Shown here piece by piece: positions 39,431-50,244 of a DNA stretch of 50,244 nt; position 1 is the first letter of the stretch; the number at the start of each line of letters is the position of its first letter. A program made the translations under genes and the position numbers. Origin of the DNA: Chromera velia. Its lineage: Eukaryota. The stretch spans positions 1 to 50,244 of the forward strand of contig JAHBMJ010000324.1 of the NCBI GenBank assembly GCA_018398765.1, written 5' to 3'. The notes below the pieces were generated by a model. The model was not told the origin of the DNA. It worked only from the letters and a program-made list of their open reading frames with translations, and did not search any database.

Positions 39431-40908
39431 ATCTTCGTGGGGTTTCAACCCAGGTCGCCACATTCAATCAAAGTCTGGAGTGCTAACCTCTGTCAGTCAC
39501 GCAAAGACCTCACCCTCCCCCCTTCCCCCGTCTGTCTGACTGAAAAGACTGAAGCAAACTACGGCTGTCCTCACTTGAAAAAGAGATCTTATTGGGGTTT
39601 AAACCCAGGTCGCCACATTCAAAGCCTGGAGTGCTAACCTCTGTCAGTCACGCAAAGACCTCTCCCTCCCCCCTTCCCCCGTCTGTCTGACTGAAAAGAC
39701 TGAAGCATACTATGGCTGTCCTCACTTGAAAAGGAGATCTTATTGGGGTTCGAACCCAAGTCGCCACATTCAATCAAAGTCTGGAGTGGTAACCTCTGTC
39801 AGTCACGCAAAGACCTCTCCCTCCCCCCCTCCGCCGTCTGTCTGACTGAAAAGACTGAAGCAAACTACGGCTGTCCTCACTTGAAAAAGAGATCTTATTG
39901 GGGTTCGAACCCAAGTCGCCACATTCAATCAAAGTCTGGAGTGCTAACCTCTGTCAGTCACGCAAAGACCTCTCCCTCCCCCTTCCCCCGTCTGACTGAA
40001 AAGACTGAAGCATATTCCCCCTTCCCCCGTCTGACTGACTGAAACGACTGAAGCATACCAATGGCTGTCCTCACTTGAAAAAGAGATCTTATTGGGGTTT
40101 AAACCCAGGTCGCCACATTCAATCAAAGTCTGGAGTGCTAACCTCTGTCAGTCACGCAAAGACCTCTCCCTCCCCCTTCCCCCGTCTGACTGAAAAGACT
40201 GAAGCATATTCCCCCTTCCCCCGTCGGACTGACTGAAAAGACTGAAGCATACCAATGGCTGTCCTCACTTGAAAAAGAGATCCTATTGGGGTTTGAACCC
40301 AGGTCGCCACATTCAATCAAAGTCTGGAGTGCTAACCTCTGTCAGTCACGCAAAGACCTCACCCTTCCCCCTTCCCCCGTCTAACTGAAAAGTCTAGAGT
40401 GCTGTCCTGTCAGTCACGCAAAGACCTTTGCTTGCCCCTTCCCCCCTCTGTCTGACTGAAAAGACTGAAGCAAACTACGGCTGTCCTCACTTGAGAAAGA
40501 GATCTTATTGGGGTTTTTGAACCCAAGTCGGCACATTCAAAATCTGGAGTGCTAACCTCTGTCAGTCACGCAAAGACCTCTCCCTCCCCCCTTGCCTCGT
40601 CTGACTGAAAAGTCTGGAGTGCTATCCTCTGTCTGTCACGCAAAGACCTCTGCCTCCCCCCTCCCCCCGTCTGACTGAAACATCTGGAGTGCTAACCTCT
40701 GTCAGTCACGCAAAGACCTCTCCCTCCCCCTTTCCCCGTCTGACTGAAAAGTCTGGAGTGCTATCCTCTGTCTGTCACGCAAAGACCTCTCCCCCCCCCT
40801 TTCCCCGTCTGACTGAAAAGTCTCGAGTGCTAACCTCTGTCAATCACGCAAAGACCTCTCCCTTCCCCCTTCCTCCCTTCGTCTGACTGAAACATCTGGA
40901 GTGCTAGC
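39431..40908 (-). repeat. Tandem array of tRNA-Gln-derived units (3' part of the tRNA plus downstream tail)
   Basis: Seven long units have their acceptor-3' ends at about 39431, 39585, 39736, 39891, 40085, 40279 and 40501. On the minus strand they read GGTTAGCACTCCAGACTTTGA(TTGA)ATGTGGCGAC(C/T)TGGGTT(C/T)(G/A)AACCCCAATAAGATCT. About 5 shorter units of about 68-70 nt follow. Confidence 0.9.
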
Positions 40909-41675
40909 CTCATGTTTCTTTTCGTTCTCGATGACTCTGCATCAGTGCCCTTCTCAATGAGATCACAGGGAAACTCATGCACAGAAACAAATGGAAGAAA
41001 AGAGAGAAACCCAGGATGCAAAGAGCACGGCAGGAAAGTGAGTCAATCAACTTTCAAGAGGGCATCCCGGCTATGGGGATTCCAGTCGATCACAAAGAAT
41101 GTTGCTGACTTGAGAGTGGACGATCAGACGGCATCACCATCAGCATCCACAAAAAGGAGGGAACCATTGAAGGGGGACTCCTGCAGGAAAGATTTACGAC
41201 AAAGAAAGAAAAGAAGAGAGAAGACGGAAGGACACGTCAAACGTTGAAGGGACGGTCATGATTCTTTCACACTGTCCGCCTTGGCGGAAGCAGACATGAG
41301 TCAACATTTCAACTTGAGTTCTGACAGACACCGAACAGACACAAGCTAAGTAAACGCTCTCTCCTGGGCTAAATAGATGAATCGTCATTTGGGCTGCCAG
41401 ATGTGCAATGAGGCTGTTCAATGTGTCATGAGGTCAGTATACGGATCATCAAGATAGATGAAACATCAAAGGAGGCTGCATGCAGAAATGTTTTTGTGGT
41501 CTACTCGGAAGAGGTCTGAGACTCGGGAAACCACAACCCCGCCCTCTGCATTCCTTCCGACTCTCTTCCTTCACGGCCCCTCTGTACGCCTTTACTTTCA
41601 TACAGAATTCTACTGTATGAAAGTAAATGCATTCACAGCCCTGCTGTACGCCATCACTTAATTCACGCAAGACAC

Positions 41676-43479
41676 TTACCGAGGGCGACGCGCAGCCTTC
41701 AGAAGGGCGCACCGGATGAGGAAGGAGGCGACGTCATGATACTGGTACAGAGCTGAGAGGGGGATCGTGTCCGCAGAAGACTCAAGGGAGGAAGCAGAGG
41801 CAGAGGGGCAGTTCTCCCCCGAGTTGGTTGAAGGAGGCTGCTTCGATTCGATTGCCTGAGCACCCGTCAGAACTTCGGAATTCCCCCCCCTCCCCTTTTT
41901 TTGATACGATGCTTCTGCCTCCGCCTTTGCGAGACGATCTGAGAGAGGGCCTACCGACTGAATCGGACTGCGGCCTCCCCAGCCCCCCCCTGCGCTCGGG
42001 ACCTCTGTGGGGTTTTTCTCCTCCTTCAAACTGCTGCTGCTGCTCCTGCAGACTCGCACTCAGCCACATAAGGAGGGAAAGTAATTTACTGATGTGTATA
42101 ACTGGGTCGGCATGTCAAAATTGACAATTTAATGGAATCCCGCCGCCTGCTTTCTTCTCCATTCCACACCGCTCTCAAAAAAGTGACACTCACTTGCCCA
42201 CTCACTTTCATTGAAAACGCATTGGATTGATTGAGGTCAGACAACCAAATGGAGAGAAAAACGGAGAAAATCCGTTGAAGTTCCAGAAAACTTGCGTGCA
42301 CCCACAACACTTCCATGGTTCCGGCAACCCAGTCAGTCGCCTACCTGAATTCCCCCGAGCTGCTGCCAAGTTCTTCTCTCGCTCCATCCCCTTCTCCTCC
42401 TTCTTCTTCTTCAACCCGACCCCCCAAAGGCGCCAGGCCCTGGGTCTGGAAGAACCTGTCTGCAAGCTCCGCCGCCTCCCTGGACGACAAAAGCGCCCAA
42501 AATCCAGCACTCGCCGCGATGACAAATTTGAGGTCTTGCGTGTATGGTACAAGCACATAGTCCTGCAGATGCAAAAAGACAAAGACAATTCCATAGGTCC
42601 TTCAGCCTGCCAGGCAGTTGACTCGCCAGTCAATGGATTCCGACAGTCTGAAAGAAACTTGAGCTTCGGTGACGGTGGGTGGAAGTTTATTAGAACAATC
42701 TGTCCAGAGCTAGTGAATGGATGAGTGCGTGATCCGTGCGGACCTCAAAACAAACGAGAAAAGAAACGTGTGAGCTGGACGATGCCACATCACACAGAAG
42801 ATCCAAAGACTTTCTTTCACAGAGAAGCACCACAACAGCTGACGTACCGCATCGCTTCGGACTATGGGCACATGTGGGGGGGGAGAGATGCGACGGGGGT
42901 CTTCCTCGGGCAGTCTGCTGTTGGCCAAAATGTCCTGCAGACAGGCAGATGGAGGGAGCGAACTAATGCACTCAAGAGCGAGGTAATAAGAAAGAAGACA
43001 TATGCAGGTAGGCAACGCAGCCAGAAGAAAAACGAAACAAAAACAGACGGGGTGAAGTCGATGTTGGCTACCCATGGAGTCTTTCTTTGTTTTCAACTTC
43101 GATTCGCTTTTGATGACGCACGGAAATCCATTCAACCGACGATTCTACAGGGAAATCGCCACCGTAAGTTCTGTAAGCCAGTGAGTGAGTGCAGCAACGA
43201 ACCTTGAACTGAAAGTCCCCGAAGGCTCGTGACTGCCGAATCTGTCCCTGCAGAAGACCCTGGTTGACCCCTCTTCGTGTGACAAGGTGTCTCTGAAGTC
43301 TGGCCTCGAGACGGGAGATCTCGCTGTCGAATTGAGCGAGGTGCTGCTTGGAGAGCCGCTCTGTCCGAAGCCAGCTGGCGTGGACCTGAGAGGAGAGGTC
43401 TTTGGAAGCGTTGAGGGACTGCAGCTTTCCTGCCAGAGTTTCAGACACCGGAGGGGGCGCCTCTGCGGGGACACATACG

Positions 43480-43524
<45 letters not shown>

Positions 43525-43687
43525 GCCCGCACACACATGCACACACACGCCCGCACACACATGCACACACACACACACACACACACGCACTCACGCACAC
43601 ACATACACACACACACACACACTCACGCACACACATACACACACAGACACACACACACACACGCATATACACATTCACACACGGGCG

Positions 43688-43733
<46 letters not shown>

Positions 43734-46063
43734 CACGTAAAAAAGATAGAACCAGAAGGAGAAAGAAAGAGGTAGAGAAGAAAAGCAGAGATCAAGAGAG
43801 GGGGGAAGAGAGAGTTGGTGAGCGGAAAAGAATACACCAAGAATACAACCGGAGAAAATTAACTGATCATCTGAGACAACCGCATGAGGCCCTAAGGAAT
43901 CCAGAGAGAAAAAAAGCTGAGGGAAATTTATTTCGTTTGAAGGTTTTCCTTAAATTCAACACAGGGCGGCGTGACAGGCAGAGAGGATGCATGTCCTTTC
44001 AGGGCCCTGCCGACCAGCATAGTGTCCATCCCCGCTCTGCTTCTTGTGCTGCGGCTGTTTGCTCATCATCAGATCCTCCCCCCTGCGTTTCGAAGAGAAG
44101 ACGCCAATTGGCGATCCTTCTCTCTCTGTGCGGGTCGGAGAGGTCCCAGATTCTCCTTGGGATCCTTCCCCTCCCTCACGTTCTTTTTCTTCAGCAGAGA
44201 ACGGCTTTTCCTCCTCTCTCCTCTGCCGTCCTTCATACACGGCAACAGCGCCACAGTCTCCTGAGAGACCAAGAGACAAAACGATCGAAACGAGAAGGGA
44301 GGCAAAAGACGGTTGGAAGGAAGACTCATGCACAACCAGCCAGAAGAGAAACACGAAGGAAGAGCGTCTGGTGGATCGATCACCCGAGTCGAAAGGGGAG
44401 AAGAGCCTCACACAATGAAATAAAAAGCGTTGAGTCGAATCAAACTCAGAACAAGGAATGAGGAGCAAGGAACAATAGAACGAACAAAAAATGCAGAGCC
44501 AGCGTGCGTCCGTCCGTGTTCTCCTTGCAGCTACAAAATTGCAAATGAGAGAAACACAACGATTGAGAAATTAGGAAAGAAGCTACCGAGCGCGGGTCTC
44601 AGAAGACTGACAAAAAGGAAAGATTCATCAGAAAACACTGCGCACAACCCCCCCCAGATGCTCACAAAGACCCACCGAGGCTAGCTACCAGAAGTCCAAA
44701 AGGCGTCACTTGTGCGGCCACAAGGGAGGCCCCTGAGTAGAGACCCGGAAGGTGCGCGGCCGCCGATGACATCCGATAGAAACAATACTCTGCACACAAC
44801 ATACACACAAACGCACTTATACACAACACACCCAAACACGTGCCAAGCAATTACACGCAGCATTCAGTATCCGATACGCAAACGCAAGAGCGGGCGGGCA
44901 CATGTGCAGACACATCTACTTGGACCTTGAGACGGAAAAGGAGGAAGAGAATCCGGTGAGACGGACATGCAAACTGGAAAATGATGACAAGCTGATCTGC
45001 CTCCTCATTTTGTTTCCTTTTCTCTTCATCCCATGAATTAATTCAATTCAATCACGTCCGCCCTCATGCACACGGACGTGCCTGCATCAAGAAGGGCAGT
45101 TGCGAAAGCGAGGCGCCAGAGATCCAACACGGGGGTGTGGGCGATCGTCAGGATCTGGTTGCTGTACTGACTTCCCCTTCGACTTCCACTCTTCTCCCGT
45201 ATCCTTCTGCTCTCTCCGCTCATGGGGTCCACACGGGTTGGGGGTGCCTTGTCTCTTTGTTGGGCTGCTGGCTGTACTTCTCCTGCATTCGGCTCCTGGG
45301 CTCTCCTTTGGCTGGGCTCCACTCGATTCGTCAGTCGGTCTTCTTTTCCGTCTTGTGTCTGTGCCTCTGTGCTTTGCTCTCGGGGCACATTGGGTGACTG
45401 CGATTGCGCAGTGACGTAGCCAGAACGGGCCAGGAGGCTGCTGACAAGAGCGGTGCGCTTGACGCACTCATGCGCCCAGAAGTGCAAAAAGTTTGACTCC
45501 AGAAAGTTGACTGCCTGTCTGCCCCTGTGACCATCGAAGAGACAGAAGAGACTGAGCGGGGGACAGCAGACAAACGAATCCTCATTCGACTCACTCCCAC
45601 GCATCGGCCACGTCTCTGTCCTGCGTGTGCCGTCTCCTCCGTCTCTTCTAAAGTCTCTCGCACCGAAAGTGTTGGCGTAGAAGCGTACGCCGTCACTTGT
45701 GCGCCCGCACACTGCCGTGCTATGTAGGGCTTTTCTGACTGCATCGATTAATTCGCCGTCTCTGCGCTCCTCGCTTCTTGCTACCAAACTGCGGAGACCA
45801 AAGAACCTCCATCCTTCGCTCCGTCTACATGATGCCGTCTCCTCACACAACGAGAGCAAAGCGGAACAGCCAGCAGCCGCGAACGCCACCCCTGCACACA
45901 CGAACACGGCCACCCAGCAGTGACTTGAAGGAAAGCGCGAAAACGAAAACGAGCAGAAGCTCACTGCTTTACCTGAAGTGCAAAGGGCCAAAGGGTAAAT
46001 GCATGTCATCTTCTGTTTCTTCGAAGCGAAAGACGCCCACATGGCAGCGTCTTGAAGAACCAA
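41676..46063 (-). CDS. PP2C/PPM-family phosphatase-like protein, multi-exon (ends approximate)
   Basis: Motifs appear in the correct order across exons: NEDSF and FCLFDGHRG (about 45.55 kb), GDCGAV (about 44.25 kb), [10 protein letters not shown] (about 43.21 kb), [11 protein letters not shown] (about 42.5 kb) and a [10 protein letters not shown] helix (about 41.7 kb). Confidence 0.8.
43478..43735. repeat. Intronic (CA)n microsatellite
   Basis: Direct reading. Confidence 0.95.
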
Positions 46064-46625
46064 TAGTGTGCGTCAGTGCGTGAGAATTTCTTCCACAAGG
46101 GCTTGCACGTGCCTGCTCCTTTCTTGGACCGGATTTTTGAGAATGGCAGCCGGGAGTAGCGACAGGAGAACATGTATCAAAAGGAGACGTCTAATGAGAC
46201 GCCGGAGACGGAAGTTCTCTCTGGTTGTGTTGTCTCTATTCTTCACCGGTCAGTCAAGTACCCACGCGAGGTTCACATTCCCAAGCATGAATATGAAAAC
46301 ATTTTGGGGTGATGACAACGACAGACATATGTAGAGAACGAGTGGGTAGTGAGGTGCAAGGATCGGCAAGGATGTCAGCAATGACCATCACGCACTTCAT
46401 GAACATCAGCCTGGCTGATAGGCAACGGCACAAATTAAGTTATTACGCACCTCCTAGCGCCCATACATTAAAACGGATCCGGCCTAGTTTGTCCGGGTGG
46501 TCCTTCTCTTTCAGTTAGAGCTTCAGTGCTGCTTCACTGACGTTGGACTGTAAAACCTTTATTCTCAGACCTAGTTTTCAAACGCAATGATCCCATTTTT
46601 TGAAGAAGAGAGATTGGGAGAGATC

Positions 46626-47670
46626 GATCTCATGTCAGACCTACACTAACTTGCATTGTAGTGGTTAGCACTCCAACCAGTCATTTTAGGCAGAAGAGAT
46701 CTTATGGTGTAGTAGTTAGCACTCCAACGGGTCATTTTAGGTAGAAAACCGATCTTATGGTGTAGTGGTTAGCACTCCAACCGGTCATTTTAGGTGCAAA
46801 CTGAAGGAATTTCTTTGGCAATGCGAGAAAAAAATGAGAAGAAAGAAGAGGGATAGGTAAAAGCGCAAACAAATGAATCAGAAAAGTTTAGGGAACTGAG
46901 TTTAAAGAAAGAGTTTTGATGGGGTATTTAAAGTAGGAGTTCTTTGAAGGGATGGAAGACGTGCGGGATGCACCTCTGTATAATTAAGGTCTTTCTAATT
47001 AAAAGGGTAGCCTTTTTTCAATGAAAGAACTAAAGTGTCTCGAAGGTTCTGGTCTGCATCCCTTCTGTCTCTTTTCTCTCTCTTTTGATTGTTTAACCTG
47101 TTGTGAAGCCGCAATTGATCAGTTGTATCCTAGGCTGTATCAAAGTGATTGAAGTCGCGCCTATTTTCGTCGCTGGTAGTTTTATGACGGAACAAATCGA
47201 CAAACTACGTTAGATCTGCTTCTCATATATGGGGACGCGGCATACATGAAAAAACTCTTAATCATCGTCATTTTAGGCAGAAGAAGATTTTATAGTGTAG
47301 TGGTTAGCACTCCAAACGGTCATTTTAGGTAGAAGAGATCTTATAGTATAGTGGTTAGCACTCCAACCGGTCATTTTAGGTAGAAGAAGATCTTATGGTG
47401 TACAGTGGTTAGCACTCCAACCGGTCATTTTAGGCAGAAAACCGATCTTATGGTGTAGTGGTTAGCACTCCAACGGGTCATTCTAGGCAGAAAACCGATC
47501 TTATGGTGTAGTGGTTAGCACTTTCGGTCTCGGTCTGACCAGTCGTTTTTGTAAGTGTAGAGATCTCATGGTGGAGTCTCGGTCTCCACTCCAACGGGTC
47601 ATTTTAGGCAGAAAACCGATCTTATGGTGTAGTGGTTATCAGTCTGACCAGTCGTTTTTGTAAGTGTAGG
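46626..47670 (+). repeat. Tandem array of tRNA-Gln 5' halves (period mostly 51-56 nt), split into two blocks
   Basis: Unit GATCTTATGGTGTAGTGGTTAGCACTCCA + ACCGGTCATTTTAGGCAGAAAACC starts at 46626 (interrupted), 46698, 46751, 47286, 47337, 47389, 47444, 47497, 47562 and 47618. Confidence 0.92.
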
Positions 47671-47742
47671 GATCTTATGGTGTAGTGGTTAGCACTCCAG
47701 ACTTTGAATCTGGCGACCTGGGTTCAAACCCCAGTAAGATCT
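47671..47742 (+). tRNA. tRNA-Gln (anticodon TTG/UUG)
   Basis: Full cloverleaf: acceptor GATCTTA/TAAGATC, D-arm GTGT/GCAC, anticodon stem CCAGA/TCTGG with loop CTTTGAA, T-arm CTGGG-TTCAAAC-CCCAG, discriminator T. TTTT at 47744-47747. Confidence 0.9.
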
Positions 47743-47877
47743 GTTTTAGTGAGGACAACCATAATATGCCATGCGGCGGCCGGGCGCTACCGCTTGCATG
47801 CGCAAATTTTGTCTTTTCAGTCACATGCAGGGGGGAAGGGGCGAGGGAGAGGTCTTTCGGTGACTTTTTGATGTTTT

Positions 47878-47940
47878 GACCTGGGTTCAAACCCCAATAC
47901 AATCTCCTTTTCAAGTGAGGACAGCCATAGTATGCTTCAG
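47878..47940 (+). repeat. Single tRNA-Gln 3' fragment plus tail, same family as the 39.4-40.9 kb array
   Basis: GACCTGGGTTCAAACCCCAATA..ATCTCCTTTTCAAGTGAGGACAGCCATAGTATGCTTCAG. The tail is identical to the reverse complement of about 39700-39739. Confidence 0.85.
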
Positions 47941-48225
47941 GGAGCTTTTGGGGTGTTTGGCACACGAGTAGACGGGACCAGACGGCACTTAGCTGAAAAC
48001 GTCTCCATTGCAAGTTTTTCACCACTCAGAGGCCCCTCTGAGCAGTAAGGTCTCTGCTGACCATCCGACAGGCTTCACAGATTCAGATCTTCTCATCGGA
48101 AGTCCTTCTTTCGCGGCATTCTGCTGGGGGGGGCACATAGTCTTTGTTCTATTTGGTTGAGCACCTTTTGTTGTATTTTTGGGAGTCTCCTTATCTTTGC
48201 ACTGCTCGCCTTGTAGACAGACGAA

Positions 48226-50244
48226 ATGGCACTGTCCCTTTTCAAGACCCTCAATCAGGGGTTCCAGTCTGGGGTGTCTATGCTGGATGCCACGCTTGAG
48301 GCAGAGCATGTGGTGGAGCAGCTGGGGAAGGTTTCAGACTGGAACTCCCACCGAGTATTTCAAGCCATATCTCGATTGAAGGAGATTTCAAAGCAAAATG
48401 CGCAGGCCGTTGCGCAGACTGCCCTCCCCACGCTTTGTGCTGTGCTCCGAAAGGTGGACAGAGAGGGAGACGGCATGCTGGCAGTGCAAGACACGCTGGA
48501 TTGTTTCTCCAAAATTTTTGAGACGGATAAGCGCAAGGAGACGGCACTCAGCGCAGAGGCACTGGAGCAGCTGCAAGTGAACACTCGGGTTCTCTGCGAG
48601 CACACAGACTCGGGGACAGCGTTGCTGGACCTCTTGCGACTGAACGACATGTATGTCAAGTACGACGCCATGACCCTTCTGCAGGTGGTGCAGAAAATGC
48701 AGCCGCAGATTCTCACCAAGAGCATTCTGAGCAGCCCCAGCTTCATCGGCAACCTTATGCAGACCCTACAGGAATGCAAGGCAGACTTTGTGCGAAACGA
48801 GTGTCTAGAGCTCTTGCTGCTCCTCATTCAAGACAACGATGAGTTGCAGAAGATTGTGACCTTCCAGGGCTGCGTGGAGACGCTGTTTGGCATTCTTCAC
48901 GAAGAGGACGTGGCCCAGTTCAACCAAGTCTGCGCGAACGCCCTTGTGTGCCTCTCCCACATCTTCCACAACAGCTACTGTGCAAGGTACTGTAGGGAGA
49001 CTGACGGGGTGAGGGCGCTGTGCGAACTTATCGCAACAATAATTGCTGACCCGGTGGGCCGCCGTTTCTCTTTCTCTTTTGTCACTTTTTCTCCTTCTCC
49101 GTCTCCATCTCCATCTCTCCGTTTCTTAGTGACCGTCTCTCTTTTCGTTCCTTCCCCTCCGTCCCTCTCTCTCTCTCTCTTTCCCCATCGCCATTTCTTC
49201 TTTTCCCACGTCTCCGTCTCTATCACTTTTTCTTTTCTCGGTCTCCATCTCTCTCTCTTTTTCTTGTCTCCATCTCCGTCTCCGTCTCTGGCTCTCTCCC
49301 TCTTTTCCTGACTCTTCGATTTCTTTTCTCCGTCTACTTCTTTTCATTTTTCTCCTTTCTTTTCTCTTGCTGTCTCTCTTCCAGTCTCTCGCTCTCGATC
49401 TCGGCTTCCGTCTCCACTCTCTCTTTCTGCTTGCCTGCCTGCCTGCCTCTCGGCATCCCCCCCCCCTGGTGTCTCTGTCTCTGTTTCCGTCTCCGTCTCC
49501 AAGTGATTAAGAGAACCCGAGAAGAAGAAAAGAGAAAGGGAACCCCAGAAAAAAGAAAAAAAGAAAGCGCAACTGCTGCTGGCGGCTGGGCGGGTCTGGC
49601 TGCTGCTGTGCTGCTGGCTCGTAAACGAAAGGACAAGAAAAGAAACGCACACGTCCAGATGCAAAGGCGTAAGCCTGCACTGGGCCAGGAAGGCCTGTAG
49701 CTCTGGTACCGCCGAGAGAGCGCGCCAAAAGACGAAAAAAAAACAGGAGAGAATGAAGAAAGAGAAAGAGGGAAAGAAAAGACGATATGGTCTGTGTCTG
49801 TGTGTGTCTCTCTCACTCTCGCTCTCACTCTCTGTCTGCCTCCCCTCTTCTTCGTTTCCCCCTACCCGTCTCTCTTGGTATCTCAGTCTCCGCTTCGCAG
49901 ACTTTTTCTTCTGTCGTTTCTTTCTTGCCACGACGCTCCCTTTCCTTCTTTCCTGTCAATGTCTGCTCATTTCTCTGCTGACCTTCCTCTTTGCTCTTAC
50001 CCCCAGAAGGCGACAGAGGCAGGAGGAGGAGGGGGACGGTCTCCCGATGCCTTCGGGGACTCTCCAACGGACAGCGACGCCTCAGGGGACATGAGGGGAA
50101 AGAGGGAAAGAAGAGCAGAGGCACTGCTCCATACTCTCGACGCAGCCCTGGCCTTCCTCACTGCTGGAGCGGGGCAGGAGTCTGCTTCGTCAACCGCAGC
50201 TGCTGCAAATACTGGGGGGAGGGGGGGGCGTGGCGGGGGGGGGG
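48226..50244 (+). CDS. USO1: General vesicular transport factor p115/Uso1, N-terminal armadillo head (partial; runs off window)
   Basis: Exon 1 48226-49053 has DMYVKY..LL, ILSSP..IGNLM..L...FVRNECL.LL..L...N.ELQKIVTFQG..ETLF.IL.EE, matching the p115 head. Phase-0 intron 49054-50006. Exon 2 is open from 50007 to the window end. Confidence 0.88.

Noticed and set aside
46626..47670. CRISPR-like array (29-nt repeat plus about 24-nt spacer)
   Set aside because: The spacers are near-identical rather than unique, the repeat is a tRNA 5' half, the context is eukaryotic, and no cas genes are present.
39431..47742. Split (trans-spliced) or permuted tRNA gene
   Set aside because: The 5' pieces (nt 1-29) and 3' pieces (from about nt 17) overlap rather than abut. 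The 3' copies have damaged anticodon and T stems, and an intact gene is present.

Overview
Eukaryotic, intron-rich genomic DNA. It is most likely from a photosynthetic alveolate related to apicomplexans (chromerid-like). This is an inference from an apicomplexan-type V-ATPase E, frequent TGCATGCA motifs and a bipartite plastid-targeting leader. GC-richer genes alternate with AT-rich blocks of nested transposon remnants. Genes: V-ATPase subunit E, a Cid1/TUTase-like nucleotidyltransferase, a small plastid-targeted two-repeat protein, a multi-exon coiled-coil protein, an intronless GT61 glycosyltransferase, a PP2C-like protein, the 5' part of USO1/p115, and two weakly supported unknown genes. 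Mobile DNA: a non-autonomous LTR element with TSD, PBS and PPT, several TIR elements with clear TSDs, and a hairpin-bounded dispersed repeat. The most unusual structure involves one intact tRNA-Gln(UUG) gene. It is preceded by about 10 tandem copies of its own 5' half, each with an A-box and usually a T4 run. About 7 kb away, on the opposite strand, lies a 1.5-kb array of its 3' part, with B-box-like T-arms and T-runs. Exon boundaries were read by eye and are approximate where stated. No database searches were run.
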